A stretch of DNA of 64,000 bases. It comes from Octopus bimaculoides. Lineage: Eukaryota. The stretch spans positions 36,736,049 through 36,800,048 of the forward strand of contig NC_068998.1 of NCBI RefSeq assembly GCF_001194135.2. The letters are read 5' to 3'. The notes beneath the pieces are model-generated. The model did no database searches and was not told the origin of the DNA. It saw only the letters and a list, made by a program, of their open reading frames with translations. Made by a program: the position numbers and the translations under genes. Positions 40,260 to 52,115 of this stretch are shown in pieces (positions within the stretch are counted from its first letter, which is position 1; every line of letters starts with the position of its first letter).

Positions 40260-40660
40260 CTGAATTTCTGATACAGTCCATCCGATGGGCAAACTCGCAT
40301 TTCCAACTACTCAGATTCATTTCTAGTGTTTGGTTTGATCCGAGGTTATAGTAAAAACCACGTGCGCGAGAGTCTACGACATAGATTCGAAACCAAATTC
40401 TCGTTATTTTGAACGATGATGAACTACTTAACCAGTTAACCACGTTTGTCCCCCAAATGCAAAAGCGCATCAACACATAGACATACACATATTCCCATTG
40501 GAGTCCATTATAGTCCGGGAAGGACGACAACTATGTGATGATGTATGAACCATAGCTATGACCTGCAGCATCAGAGAGTTTACCTGAGCCAGGGACAACA
40601 TTGATAAATTAGGGATTCTGGACCTTCTTGAGGCTGTAGGCTAAAAGCTTTCCTGTTATT
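40260..40660 (+). mobile_element. Possible highly decayed CR1/L2 LINE remnant
   Basis: One frame gives IRWANSHFQL..SVWFDPRL...TTFVP...YSHWSP...KLGILDL with several stops, loosely like W..LGVxFDxxL..YxxxWSP..LxxLGL. Confidence 0.3.
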
Positions 40661-43123
40661 TATTTATGTACTTTCTCCCGTCCCCACTGAATGATAACTA
40701 AATATTTATTTGCCGCAATCAATGTTTCGAAACACTGAGGAGGATCCTGTTACATTGTGCCAGTCTGTTGGTGGACCAAAACTCAGCACCACAAAACAAC
40801 AAAACACCTAAGAACTGCAGGGTGAGCTTAGTTGTTGTTGCTGTTGTTGTTGTCTAAGCAGACCAATGATCTTGTGATGAAGCAGCATCCCAGTCGTGAG
40901 GTGTCATCGGCACATGTTTCTTTTGTTCTGTTTTCTGTTTGTTTTGTTTTAGCTACTGTATATAAAGTATCACATTAAAATAGTTATCTTTAAAACGATC
41001 TGTTATGATTTAATTGGAGACCTGACAGTATTTTCTAGCAAATAGAGGATTCTGTATGCACCTCTTTATTATACTTATTAACGACTTTTGAGAATTTTGT
41101 ACCGATGCAAAATAAATTAAACATCTGGAATCGCTTACACATTGACTCGTAGAACTTATTCCTATTGAGGCTTAGAAACTGTACATAACACCAAATGATT
41201 TTGTCTCGAACAATTTCACTGTCTCTTTAGTTCATGTCATTCTGTTTATGTTGAACCTTCGTCGTTCTACTTTCACTTTTGCCAATGCTTTTGAACAAAA
41301 ATCTCTTGTCAAACCTTACCAAAGTACTTTCTCTGTGACTACATCAATTAACATTCCTTTTGATTTGTTTTGAAACTACAGGATAGAAATACTTTCGCTC
41401 TGTTTCTCTCATTCATCTCTCTCTCCCTCTCCTCTTATCACTCTCTTTTTATAACTCCTTCTCTCTCATTCTTAAATCTCTGTTAGTTTTTAATATATTA
41501 TAGAGTCACTTCTGGGCAGAGACAGCAAGCTAATTTTTCCAAATCTTGCCAACTTAATGATGTTAGCTGCTGAAGTTTATTACAGTTGTCATGTTCAACA
41601 ATCTTTGGCAGTTCCAACTATTTTCGAATAATTTTGCTAATTTTCTTCCCAACCGAATCCACACTTGACGACGCAACTTTCTAAATAGCCCAATGACCGA
41701 TTCGGATTTGGCAGATTATCAAAATATAATCGCCATGATTTAAAAATCAGCAAGCAATTTTGATTGGTTGATAATGTTTGACTGATGTTTGTCTGCTTTT
41801 GAATGTTTTCATTTTGATATTTGTTGCGGCATGGAAACCAAGACATCACCAACGGTTCTCCCCCTTTAATATCATGTTTATTTCAACCATTTTTTTACTT
41901 CTCTAATTTTTCTTTTTACAGTAAAATAAACATGTCTTATTGGATATGGTGAAGAGACATATTAATAAGAGAGCAAAAGTAGCACAATGTGGGTCTTATA
42001 CTTTTTCCATAAAATTATTAATGATGTAAAACATTTGTATAATATCCGCTTTGGTGATTAAGCAAAGGTATTCCGTTTTCCGTTACATTAATGACTGTAA
42101 AGACGCCAACAGCACGGAAAAGTATTGTAAAAATATCTCATGAAAACCGAAATAGGACATTACGGCACGAATCGTTCTTTCATGTTAAAATTATAATTTA
42201 ATTAAGACATTTAAGATTCTAAAAAGAATGAGATGGTTCTATACGTGATTACCTAAAACAAGACATTTTCAGACCCTCGTAATAAATAAGCAAAAAGCAA
42301 AAGAAAATAGATATACGTAGTTTATTTAACATGTTCTTTATTCTTATTTTTCAAACTCAAGCTTTTAATCCCACCAAGTATTATGAAGTGATTACCTTTC
42401 TTGACCCAATAGACAGTTAGGGGACCCATGTGACTGAATATCAAATTTCGAGAAATATAGTTCAAATAAAGTTATGATCAGTATACATTGTATTATATCG
42501 CAATTTGTCATTACCTGCCGAGTTAAGAAACAGTGTTTTGCAGTCTTAGTTGAAGTTGTTATTATTGTAATGACATAGGTCAGCTCTGATTGATCAGAAT
42601 TTAGGAACCGAAGTAATTGGTCGAACGACTACACGCTATCCACAGGTCGTGCTGTTCTTGGTATAAAGTGCAACACATGCTTTTTTGTAGCGCTTCTCCG
42701 TGACAAATCTACATTATTCAAACAGTGTTGTTGCTGTGAACCGTATGATCTCTTCTCAGCAATCTTATAATCAAAATTTCTCTCTTCGTTATATTCCTCC
42801 GTGTATGTAAATATGAATTGATTGACATTAGACCCCGGATAAAAAAAACGTTGCAATACTTATTACAGTGCTCTGAATTCAAATCTCAACGAGGTCAATT
42901 TGCTTTTTAATCTTTCGGGATCTGTAAACCGATTATCATTAAAACGCCAATGTAGTCTTCACTCACCACTGCTGTCACAACCAGGACTTTTTCTTGGGTG
43001 AAAAGAGCGAGAGGGTAGAACGACTCCATGGTGATATGGGCCAATAAAAGCATTTACCTGTGGTTTGTGGGTTAATAGTTTGGTACATGTTACAAATCAT
43101 GCAGAATTCCGAGTGGTGACTCC

Positions 43124-43167
<44 letters not shown>

Positions 43168-43397
43168 AATCCCAAAATCTCCAACGATTCACATGCAGTT
43201 ATATTTTGAAATATATATATAAATATATATATTATATAATATTATATTTCATATTACATATTTTATTAGATTATATTATAAGCTGACAGTCTACTCTGAG
43301 TTTTGCTCGGGGCTGAGTTGTTCATGACTGTTTGAATTATGTAAAAAATATTTCAATATACGGTCATGATATTTACATTACTATGTGTGTATGTGTG

Positions 43398-43456
<59 letters not shown>

Positions 43457-43587
43457 GTATGTGTATATATTCATATATGTATATATATATATATATGTGT
43501 GTATATATATTCATATACATATATATATAGAGAGAGAGAGATATGTAGAGAGTATATAAAGGTGGACACATACACACACTTATATAT

Positions 43588-43967
43588 CGTGCCGGTCCAT
43601 CGGTTTCGACGATGAGGGTTCCAGTCGATCCGATCAACGGAACAGCCTGCTCGTGAAATTAATGTGTTTGTGACTGAGCACTCCACAGACATGTGTACCC
43701 TTAACGTGGTTCTCGGGGAGATTCAGCGTGACATAGTGTGTGATAAGGCTGGCCCTTTGGAATACATGTTCAACAGAAACAGGAAGAAAGAGTGAAAGTT
43801 GTGGTGAATGAGTACAGCAGGGTTTACCACCACTCGCTTTCGGAGCCTCGTGGAGCTTTAGGAGTTTTTGCTCAATAAACACTCGCAACGCCCAGTCTGG
43901 GAATTGAAACCGCGATCCCACGACTGCGAGTCCGCTGCCCTAATCACTGGGCCATTGCACCTCCACT
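43588..43967 (-). mobile_element. SINE family E, full length, tRNA-derived head
   Basis: Minus strand begins gtggaggtgcaatggcccagtgattagggcagcggactcgcagtcgtgggatcgcggtttcaattcccagac (A and B boxes). Flanked by cttatatat at 43579-43587 and 43968-43976, a probable TSD. Confidence 0.85.
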
Positions 43968-44072
43968 CTTATATATACACATGTACAAGCACACATTTAT
44001 CTATATATGCATCTTTATATCGTATGTACCTATCTATATATGCATATGAATATGTATATATATATATGTGTG

Positions 44073-44112
<40 letters not shown>

Positions 44113-44649
44113 TGTGTGTGTGTGTTTGTGTGTGTGTGTATATATGTATATGCACATTCATGTATGTGCATATGTATATATACAACTGCATGCATATACA
44201 TACACACAAACATATGGATAGGGTAAGAGAACGAGGAAGAGAGGGGAAGGGTGGAAGGGAAATGAGAAAATTAGAGACACAGAAACAGAGAAAGGTAATG
44301 AAACAAATACATGGACATTAAGACGGAAACAAAGACACAGAGAAAAAAATGGGAAAGAGCACAACAGAGAGAAGACACGAAAGAAAGGGACATATAAAAG
44401 AATACGTGAGAAAGAACATATTTAAGAGACAAACTGAAACAACACGCGACATGGAAGGATAGAATAGGGAGAATATATAAAACGAAAATATATGAACAAC
44501 AATACAAGTGGGAAATATATAATACTGGGATGCGTGTTAAAGCGGACAACTATGAATCAAAATAACTAATTTATTCATGCTTCTCTGTCTCACCTGAATA
44601 TTTGACTGATTCACAATAAATGTTATTTTTACAGAATATCTTTTAAATT

Positions 44650-45010
44650 TTATTTGTTTTAGTCATTGGGTTACGACCATACTGGGGCATCGCCTTGAAT
44701 GATTTAAAGTCGTACAAATCGACCCCACTTCTTGTTATTTTTTTAATGCCTGGTAGTTACTCTATCGGTCTCTTTTGCCGAAAACCACTAAGTTGCGGAG
44801 ACGTACACACACTTATACCGGTTGACAAACATCGTGGTAGAATATTCACAAACACACACACACACACACACACGACGGGCTTCGACACAGTTTCCCTTAC
44901 CAAATTCATTCACAAGGTCTCACAAGGCATTAGTCGGCCCTGTGTAGAAACTGCCCGTGGCGCAGCGAACTGGATCGGAAACCACATGGTTGTGAAGTGA
45001 GCTTCTCATT
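44650..45010 (-). mobile_element. SINE family B/C with internal (CA)n
   Basis: C body, then (CA)n, then acgacgggcttcgacacagtttcc...ggaaaccacatggttgtgaagtgagc. Confidence 0.8.
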
Positions 45011-45299
45011 TACGCTTGAATATTTGGCTGATTCTTAATAAATGTTTTAATACGTGTTTTGTGAAGAAATATTAAATGTCAACTAGGTTTTAATCTCATT
45101 TTGAAAGTGTGGAAAAGATTCGTACCTAGAGCTTCTCATCACCAGCATTCCTATCCTGGGTGAAATAATGCTCAATAGGGACTTTATAAGATCAGTGTTC
45201 GGATGGGATTAGAAAGGATTTCAATTCTGACTCCATTCTATATCCATTCACTAAAATCGTATAGACATTTGAAAATGTAGCCGTGTAGATGATCGAGAA

Positions 45300-45510
45300 G
45301 GTTAGACATTATAGAGATTGGGAGAAAAGAAGTCAGATAGGTATTCACAAAATATTAAAGTACAAGTGGAATGTAATCAGCAGGTTCAGAAAGGCAAGGT
45401 CAGATATTGTGTTAGTGTACAAAAAACAAAAACAAAAAAAAACACATGATGGATTGCAGATATGCAGTGTGCCAAATAGAGCTTGGGTTAAGTTAGCTTT
45501 CATTTGAACG
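45300..45510 (+). mobile_element. Second decayed restriction-like-endonuclease LINE remnant
   Basis: ORF 45289-45507 contains KARSDIVLVYKK...ICSVP, resembling ARRPDIVLVDKK...ID.AVP of R2/R4-type elements. Confidence 0.45.
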
Positions 45511-45823
45511 CAATCCAAAATATGCATATGACTGATGCATACTGCAACGGATATATATGTGCACTCCTGCAGTTTTCAGCATCAAGGAATAATTTAGACA
45601 TAAACTTTGATGTGAACATTTGCCAACGATCTTTGTATCAAGTCGTAGTATAATTGTTCTCTCGTAATCAGACTATCATTTCAAATGGAAGCAGCTGATA
45701 CCTACCACGACTTGGCGTAATGCATCGCGAACATTCTTTACAAAGGACTATTATAATCTGCTGTGAATGATAGTATTTGGCTGAGGTATAAAGCCGTAGC
45801 CGTAGCTGCAGCAGCAGGAGCAG

Positions 45824-45892
<69 letters not shown>

Positions 45893-45893
45893 A

Positions 45894-45925
<32 letters not shown>

Positions 45926-46695
45926 TAGTTAGACATCGACTTCAAAAAGAGTCTAAATCTTTCATGTCTGACCTATTTCCGGTTGATAAACTGAAGAGAA
46001 ACAGAACGAATAAAAAAGATGGACAGGAAATGAATGTGGAAAAATCCCTAGCATTCTTTTGTGGCCCTAAATAGGGGCCAATGGTAAAGTAATTTGTATA
46101 CAAAATAGAAAAAAAAAAAACAGATAGAAAGAAATAGGAAGGAGGAAGGAAGAGGCGGTGGTTGTATAGAATTCCGGATGTGAGAGAGTAGAATAACAGA
46201 CGTTTTTGTATTTAACTTACAACTGAAGAACAATAAGGAAGGGAGATAAGTAAACAAAAAGCAACAATGTGTGCGTGTGTCTGAAGATATATGTACGTGT
46301 AAGAATGTATGTATATGTATATGTATGTGTGTGTATGTATGTGCATGTGTGTGTATGTATGTGCATATGTGTATGTACATGTGCGAGTGTGTGTATTTCT
46401 TTCTCTATCTCACAATACGCACACACATACATATATATACATATCTATCGAGCTATCTCTTTGTACATATTATTCATAGATACACATGTGTATAAACGTT
46501 TGCGTGTGTGTGTAAATGTATGGGCATGTGTGTATGTATGTGAATGTGTGTGTGTGTATTATTGTGTATGCTTATGTACAATTGCGTTCTGTATAATTGT
46601 AATTGCAGGCATATATCTGACGAGTGCATACTTTTTGACGTATATGCTGCAAGTTTGTGCATGTGTGTTATGCGTATATGATTTCGTGTGTGTGC

Positions 46696-46742
<47 letters not shown>

Positions 46743-46825
46743 TGTGTGTGTGCATGTGTGTTTGTGTATTATTAGGCAGACATGGCTTATACCTATGTTA
46801 AAATTTTTTTTATCAAATTGACAAT

Positions 46826-47600
46826 GCGGAGGCGGCAAACTGGCAGGATTGTTAGCACGTCGGATGGACAAAAATGTTAAGTGGCTTTTCGTCACTCTCT
46901 ATGTCCTGAGTCCCAATTCCACCTTTCGACCTTTCGAGGCTGAGGAAATTAGTACCAGTTGAGCACTGGGGTCGATGCGACTGACTTGATCCTCTCCCAA
47001 ATTTTCTGGCCTTGTGCGTATCGTCGAAATGATTAAGATGAGATGAATCTGGATTGAAGGAGCGTTTTACAGTCGGAAAAACGCCATGCAGTAATTGTTC
47101 CAACTTTTTACATCATAATTTGAAATCACACTGTAGTCAACTTTACGTTTCATCTTTTCAAGGTGTATAGGGTAAAGAACCATTCAATTACTGGCGTAAT
47201 GTAATCGATTAACTCCTTCCCCGGAAATTGCTGGCCTGGTGCCAAAATTTCGAAGAATAATGATTATGCAAGGAAAAGCAATATGTGAGCAGAACCGTTA
47301 GCACGTCCGACAAAATGCTTTGTAGCATTTCCTCCCAAGTTCCTTACGTTCTGAGTTCAAATACCACCGAGATCGAGTTTGCCAGCCATCCTTTAACCGA
47401 CTTCTCTCTATTCGTAAAACTGTTGGCCTTGCGTCAAAATTTGAAGCAAGGTAACGAACTTGCAGAACCATTACCGCGCTGGACAAAATGCTTAGCGACA
47501 TTTCTTGTGCTTCACGTTTAGCATTCAAATGACGCCAAGCTGTACTTTGCCTCTCATCCTTTCAAGGTCAACAAAATATTTACCAGTTGAGCACTAGTAA
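46826..47600 (+). mobile_element. Cluster of four same-orientation family A SINE copies or fragments
   Basis: Heads or bodies at about 46826, 47105, 47283 and 47447. Confidence 0.85.
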
Positions 47601-48908
47601 CCAAATACCGGAAGAAAGTGTGTCCGATGCGCAAACGATTCTGTCAATCTACTACCCTTGCTTTTCAATTTAGACTGAAGGCCTGCAGTTTTGTGGGAAA
47701 GAAGTTAAACGATCGACACGATTGTTCCCACGTCTTGTCTATTACTTCATTTCAACGACTCCGTCGGGATGAAAACCAAAAACGTTTGAAGTGATAAATA
47801 TCGTGGAAATAAGGCCTACGGTGATTAGTTACCTTCTAGAAATGCCCTATCATCCGTCCCCTCAGGGTCTCTAGAGTTACTATTCTGAATATTAAAAGAA
47901 AAGCAGCATTGAAAATAGAATTTCAAAATTAAATATCCACTACATAAGCCCCAACCACCACCATTACGTATACGTAATTCGCCTGCATTTCTGTTTTGAT
48001 ATTAAAAACTTTCATCTGTTAGACTGATGGTTGTGGTTACAGGTTGTGCTACAGCACTGAGAGTAACTACTCTTGCATAATACTTATACCAGAATAATTA
48101 GATTTATAAACATACCAACGTTAAGCTCTTTCTCTTCTTAATGTAACTAGATTTTCGTTTCTGAGGGTGTATTATTAAGTTTGAACAAAGCTTTAAGACC
48201 TGAATATATAATGATACTGCAAGAATAGAAGAATTATAAAGGAAATTTATCATCTTTGGAAGGATTTATTATCTTTGGTGCACTCACCTAACACATGCAG
48301 AGTAGATGTTTCTGATTTCTAACATTTAAATATATTACAATTCTTTCACCACTTTAACTCTGATATATTCCTCCCTCCTGGAGCTATTGTATATTCCTCC
48401 TACCTAAAGTTATTGTATACTGATTTATTCTGTCATTTAATATTTATATAATACTCCTCCCTCCATCGAATGCGGTTGCCGTTACAAAGGGTGTACTAGC
48501 GTACTAAACTGACAAATGTAGCATAAGTAATACTTAAAAGTAAACATACCAGCTTTAGGCTATTTCTGTACATATGGCTTTAAGCTGGCTTAATCTTTGT
48601 TTCTGAGTGTGTACTATTAGATTTGATATTAATCTGCAATAAGGTTATATCAGAATACTATAAAGACAGAATTATTATACAGAAAATTTACCATTTCTGA
48701 TGGGAATATAGTACTCACTCACACAGACAAAATATATGCTCTTGCTTACGCCTGTCTAAATTTTTGCTATGTTGATATCGTTTCAATCCCAATATTAAAA
48801 TTTAATATGTATCTAATATAGATATACACTCCATGTAACTGTATGCGCCTACTATATACTTCGGTATAGATCATCTAACAATATACGCCAACTAAATACT
48901 CTCATATA

Positions 48909-49266
48909 AAGGGCAAAGCCCCGAGTGACCATGGGATTGCACCTATAAAGTTCCAAGACGCAGGACCGGACAAGTACGTTTTGTGAAAGATCAGCAGTCA
49001 CCCATGAATACCAAATTCCCCTCTCCACGCCAATGATGCTATCCAAGGGAAAGGCAAAGGGCTGTAGAAATGAGTTGCGACGTCACTGGTGCCAAGCTGT
49101 ATCAGCCATTGCTTTCCCCTTGGATAACGTCGGTGGCATGGAGAGGAAGACTCGTATACATGGGCGACTGCTAGTCTTCCATAAACAACGTTGCCCCAGA
49201 CTTGTGCTCTGTGGGGAAACTTTCTAGGGGCAATCCAAAGATCATTTATGACCAAAGGGGGTCTTT
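48909..49266. mobile_element. 358-bp fold-back insertion with 13-bp TSD
   Basis: atactctcatata at 48896-48908 and 49267-49279. Left and right parts are imperfect reverse complements (48993-49064 vs 49103-49172; gggattgcacctataaagtt vs aactttctaggggcaatcca). Confidence 0.85.
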
Positions 49267-49342
49267 ATACTCTCATATACTAATTACTTTTAAGGACACC
49301 ATATTTCGTTATGTGCAACCATAATTTACTACAAAGTATATT

Positions 49343-49553
49343 CTTTTCTACTCTAGGCACAAGGTCCGAAATTTTGGGGGAGGGGCTACTCAATTAATTC
49401 GACCCCAATACGCAACTGGTGCTTAGTTTATCGACCCCGAAAGGATGAAAGGCAAAGTCAAACTCGGCGAAATTTGAATTCAGAACGTAAAGACAGACGA
49501 AATACCGCTAATCATTTCGCCTGGCGTGCTAACGTTTCTGCCAGCTCACCGCC
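49343..49553 (-). mobile_element. SINE family A, full length, with 17-bp TSD (2 mismatches)
   Basis: ttactacaaagtatatt (49326-49342) and ttactaccaagaatatt (49554-49570) flank a complete head-to-tail copy. Confidence 0.9.
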
Positions 49554-50568
49554 TTACTACCAAGAATATTAAATGATTTGTAAGTCAATACAGTGTCCTA
49601 CCGTGTTCGTAGTGCTATTCAATCACTTTTTAAGGTTACCCCTACAGATTTTCTATAGAAAAATATAATTTAATATATATATTTTATCAAACTATATACA
49701 TCTACCCCTGGCATACGGTCATAGGTGTGACATGTTGCGCTGCCATGTTGGAAAAACTATTTTCGCATGAGATTTACTGAAAAATAAAGATGGACACGTT
49801 AAACTATTTCTGTACATAATACAGCTTAATCTTTCCAACGAAGTATGTATTATTAGATTTAAAAACAAATTACAACCAGATTATATCACCATAATACTGC
49901 AAGAAGAAGAATTCTTATAAAGAATATTCGCTGCTTTTGAAGGGCGAGCAGAGCTCACCTACCACACCCGTTATGTACGCCGCTGGCAGGAGTCTTCTCA
50001 TTGGTTATCTTATATTTGTGTTGGTGCTGCAAAATTGCTAATCTATTTGTCTATTCTAGTATACCTATTATTATTATGGGATTATTATTTCTAGTTTTCA
50101 ATCTCTCTCGACCTTTCTATTTCCAGGTGTTTTATATTTGGATATTTTTCTCGTCTACCTTTTACTGATAATATATTGTCGTCTACTGGGAATGATATAT
50201 CTACCAGGAGACATCTAATTCTCTGAAGTCGCTCATCATCAACCCCCACCACCATCACCACCACAACCTTCTTCTTCTTCTTCTTCTTCTTCTTCTTCTT
50301 CTTCTTCTTCTTCTTCTTCTTCTTCTTCTTCTTCTTCTTCTTCTTCTTCGTTTGGTGCTGTTACCGTTGCTATTATCATTATGGCAATGAGAGTGATGAG
50401 TGGAGAGTGATGAGTGGAGAGTGATGTAGTGCAGTATTTATTTATTTATTTATTTATTCATTTATTTATTTATTTTTCTGTTAATTCCGTTACGTTCCGA
50501 TATTGATTCCACCCGGATTTGACTTCATCTTTAATCATTCCATGCACCAATGATAAAGTAACGATGGC

Positions 50569-50648
<80 letters not shown>

Positions 50649-50649
50649 G

Positions 50650-50860
50650 AGCGGTGAAAGTTGGCAGACTCGTTAGCTCACCAGACAAAATGCTTAGTGG
50701 TATTTCGTCCGTCTTTTCGTTCTGGGTTTCAATTCCGCCGAGGTCGACTTAGCCTTTCATCTCTTCCGGGGTCGATAATAAAACAAGTTGAATACTGGGA
50801 GTTGATGCAATCGACTTACCCCTTCCCCGAAACTGCTAACCCTGTGCCAAAATTTGAAAG

Positions 50861-50902
<42 letters not shown>

Positions 50903-51082
50903 GTCGGTGAGCTGGATGAATCATTAGCTCTACGGGCAAAATAGTTCAATTCCACCAAAGTCGACTTTGTCTTTCATCCTTTTCAGGACGATAAATTAAG
51001 TAATAGTGAAAGACTGGGGTCGATGTAATCGATTAGTCGCCCCCCACAAAATTTCAGGCCTTGTGCATTTAGTAGAAAGGAT
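50650..51082 (+). mobile_element. Two family A SINE copies separated by (ATT)n
   Basis: Full copy 50650-50860 and 5'-truncated copy 50935-51082. Confidence 0.85.
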
Positions 51083-51084
51083 TA

Positions 51085-51290
51085 ATATTATCTCCTCCAA
51101 GGAAGGAGGTTATGTTTTCATCGGCGTTGGTTTTTCCGTCGTCTCTCTGTGTGCAAAATAACTCAAAAGTTGTGAACGGTATTTGATGAAACTTGCAGAA
51201 AAGGTTGGAAATGACACAAGGAACAGATGATGGAAGTTTGGTAGTGATCCAAAAAATATTATGGATTCTCGAAGGATTTTTCATTTGTTA
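51085..51290 (+). mobile_element. Probable non-autonomous rolling-circle (Helentron/DINE-1-like) element terminus
   Basis: ttatctcctccaaggaaggaggttatgttttc...aaaataactcaaaagttgtgaacggtatttgatgaaactt...tttggtagtgatcc resembles from memory the ...CCAAGGAGGTTATGTTTT... non-autonomous repeats of aquatic animals. Not verified by search. Confidence 0.45.
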
Positions 51291-51470
51291 TAGTTACTTT
51301 ACATGAAGTATTGCAATGTTACTGTGAAGTCTTTCTCTGATTATCTCCCTTGAAAACACGTTCATGGTTTTCACGTAACCTATGGTGGCGTTGCTATTTC
51401 CAAAGTTTTATTTTCGTTTCTCTATTTGTAATTTTACTCGCGTATCTATTTTACTAGAAACTGATGATGG

Positions 51471-51764
51471 ATGAAGAGATCAAACTACATAAACAAACGG
51501 CAGCGAAACAGTTCAAAAATGAAAGCGGACAAAACTCTTCAAAATGTTGATGTGTTTTGTTTCGTGGAAACGTTCTTGAAGCAGAATCAACAAGTAGCAT
51601 CCATCCTACCGCAGTCGAAGATCGTTCGAGCAGAGAGGCCTACTGCACTGGGGCGTGGAGTTTGGGTGATGACTGTTGCCAAGCAGGAGGTCGCCCCTAC
51701 GGATATACATCTGAATGTCAGTGGCTTAGAGTACACCGCTGTCGGGATGACCATCTCGTTATGA
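51471..51764 (+). pseudogene. AP-endonuclease (EEP-fold) N-terminal fragment of a mobile element, truncated by a SINE
   Basis: MKADKTLQNVDVFCFVETFLK...IVRAERPTALGRGVWVM...GLEYTAV matches the EEP motifs D....ET.L, R.DR....GGGV and LE...V. The stop codon lies at the junction with a family A SINE. Confidence 0.7.
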
Positions 51765-52115
51765 AAGCGACGAACTGGCAGAATCGTTAGCAGGCACGCT
51801 GGGCGAAATGCTTAGCGGTATTTCGTCTGCCGCTACGTTCTGAGTTCAAATTCCGTCGAGGTCGACTTTACCTTTCATCCTTTCGGGATCGATAAATTAA
51901 GTACCAGTTAGGCACTGGGGGCCGATGTAATCGAATTAATCCCTTTGTCTGTCCTCGTTTGTCCCCTCTATGTTTAGCTCCTTGTGAGCAATAAAGAAAT
52001 AAGAATTAAGAATCGTAAGCACGCCGGGCGAAATGCTTAGCGGTATTTCACCTGTCGCTACGTTCTGAGTTCAAATTCCGTCGTGGTCGATGTAATCGAC
52101 TAGTCTCCCCACCCA
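51765..52115 (+). mobile_element. Two adjacent family A SINE copies (full plus internally deleted)
   Basis: Young-looking copy 51765-52005 with tail ending aataaagaaataag; second head gcacgccgggcgaaatgcttagcgg at about 52020. Confidence 0.9.

Larger units (their letters stand above)
48040..50030 (-). repeat. Three diverged tandem paralogous units (about 48040-48330, 48488-48760, 49740-50030) with shared splice-like signals
   Basis: Shared blocks aaacatacca, ctatttctgtacata, gcttaatcttt, tgta(t/c)tatta(a)g(a)ttt, atactgcaagaa and ctcaccta.caca occur in the same order. Confidence 0.75.

Noticed and set aside
40168-40530. 120-aa minus-strand ORF
   Set aside because: No recognisable motif; more likely the antisense shadow of a decayed LINE frame.
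42629-42856. 75-aa minus-strand ORF with natural-looking composition
   Set aside because: No convincing acceptor and no homology I can recognise.
43900-43967. tRNA gene
   Set aside because: A/B boxes are present but continue into a SINE body with a TSD; it is a tRNA-derived SINE head. The same applies to the family A, B and D heads.
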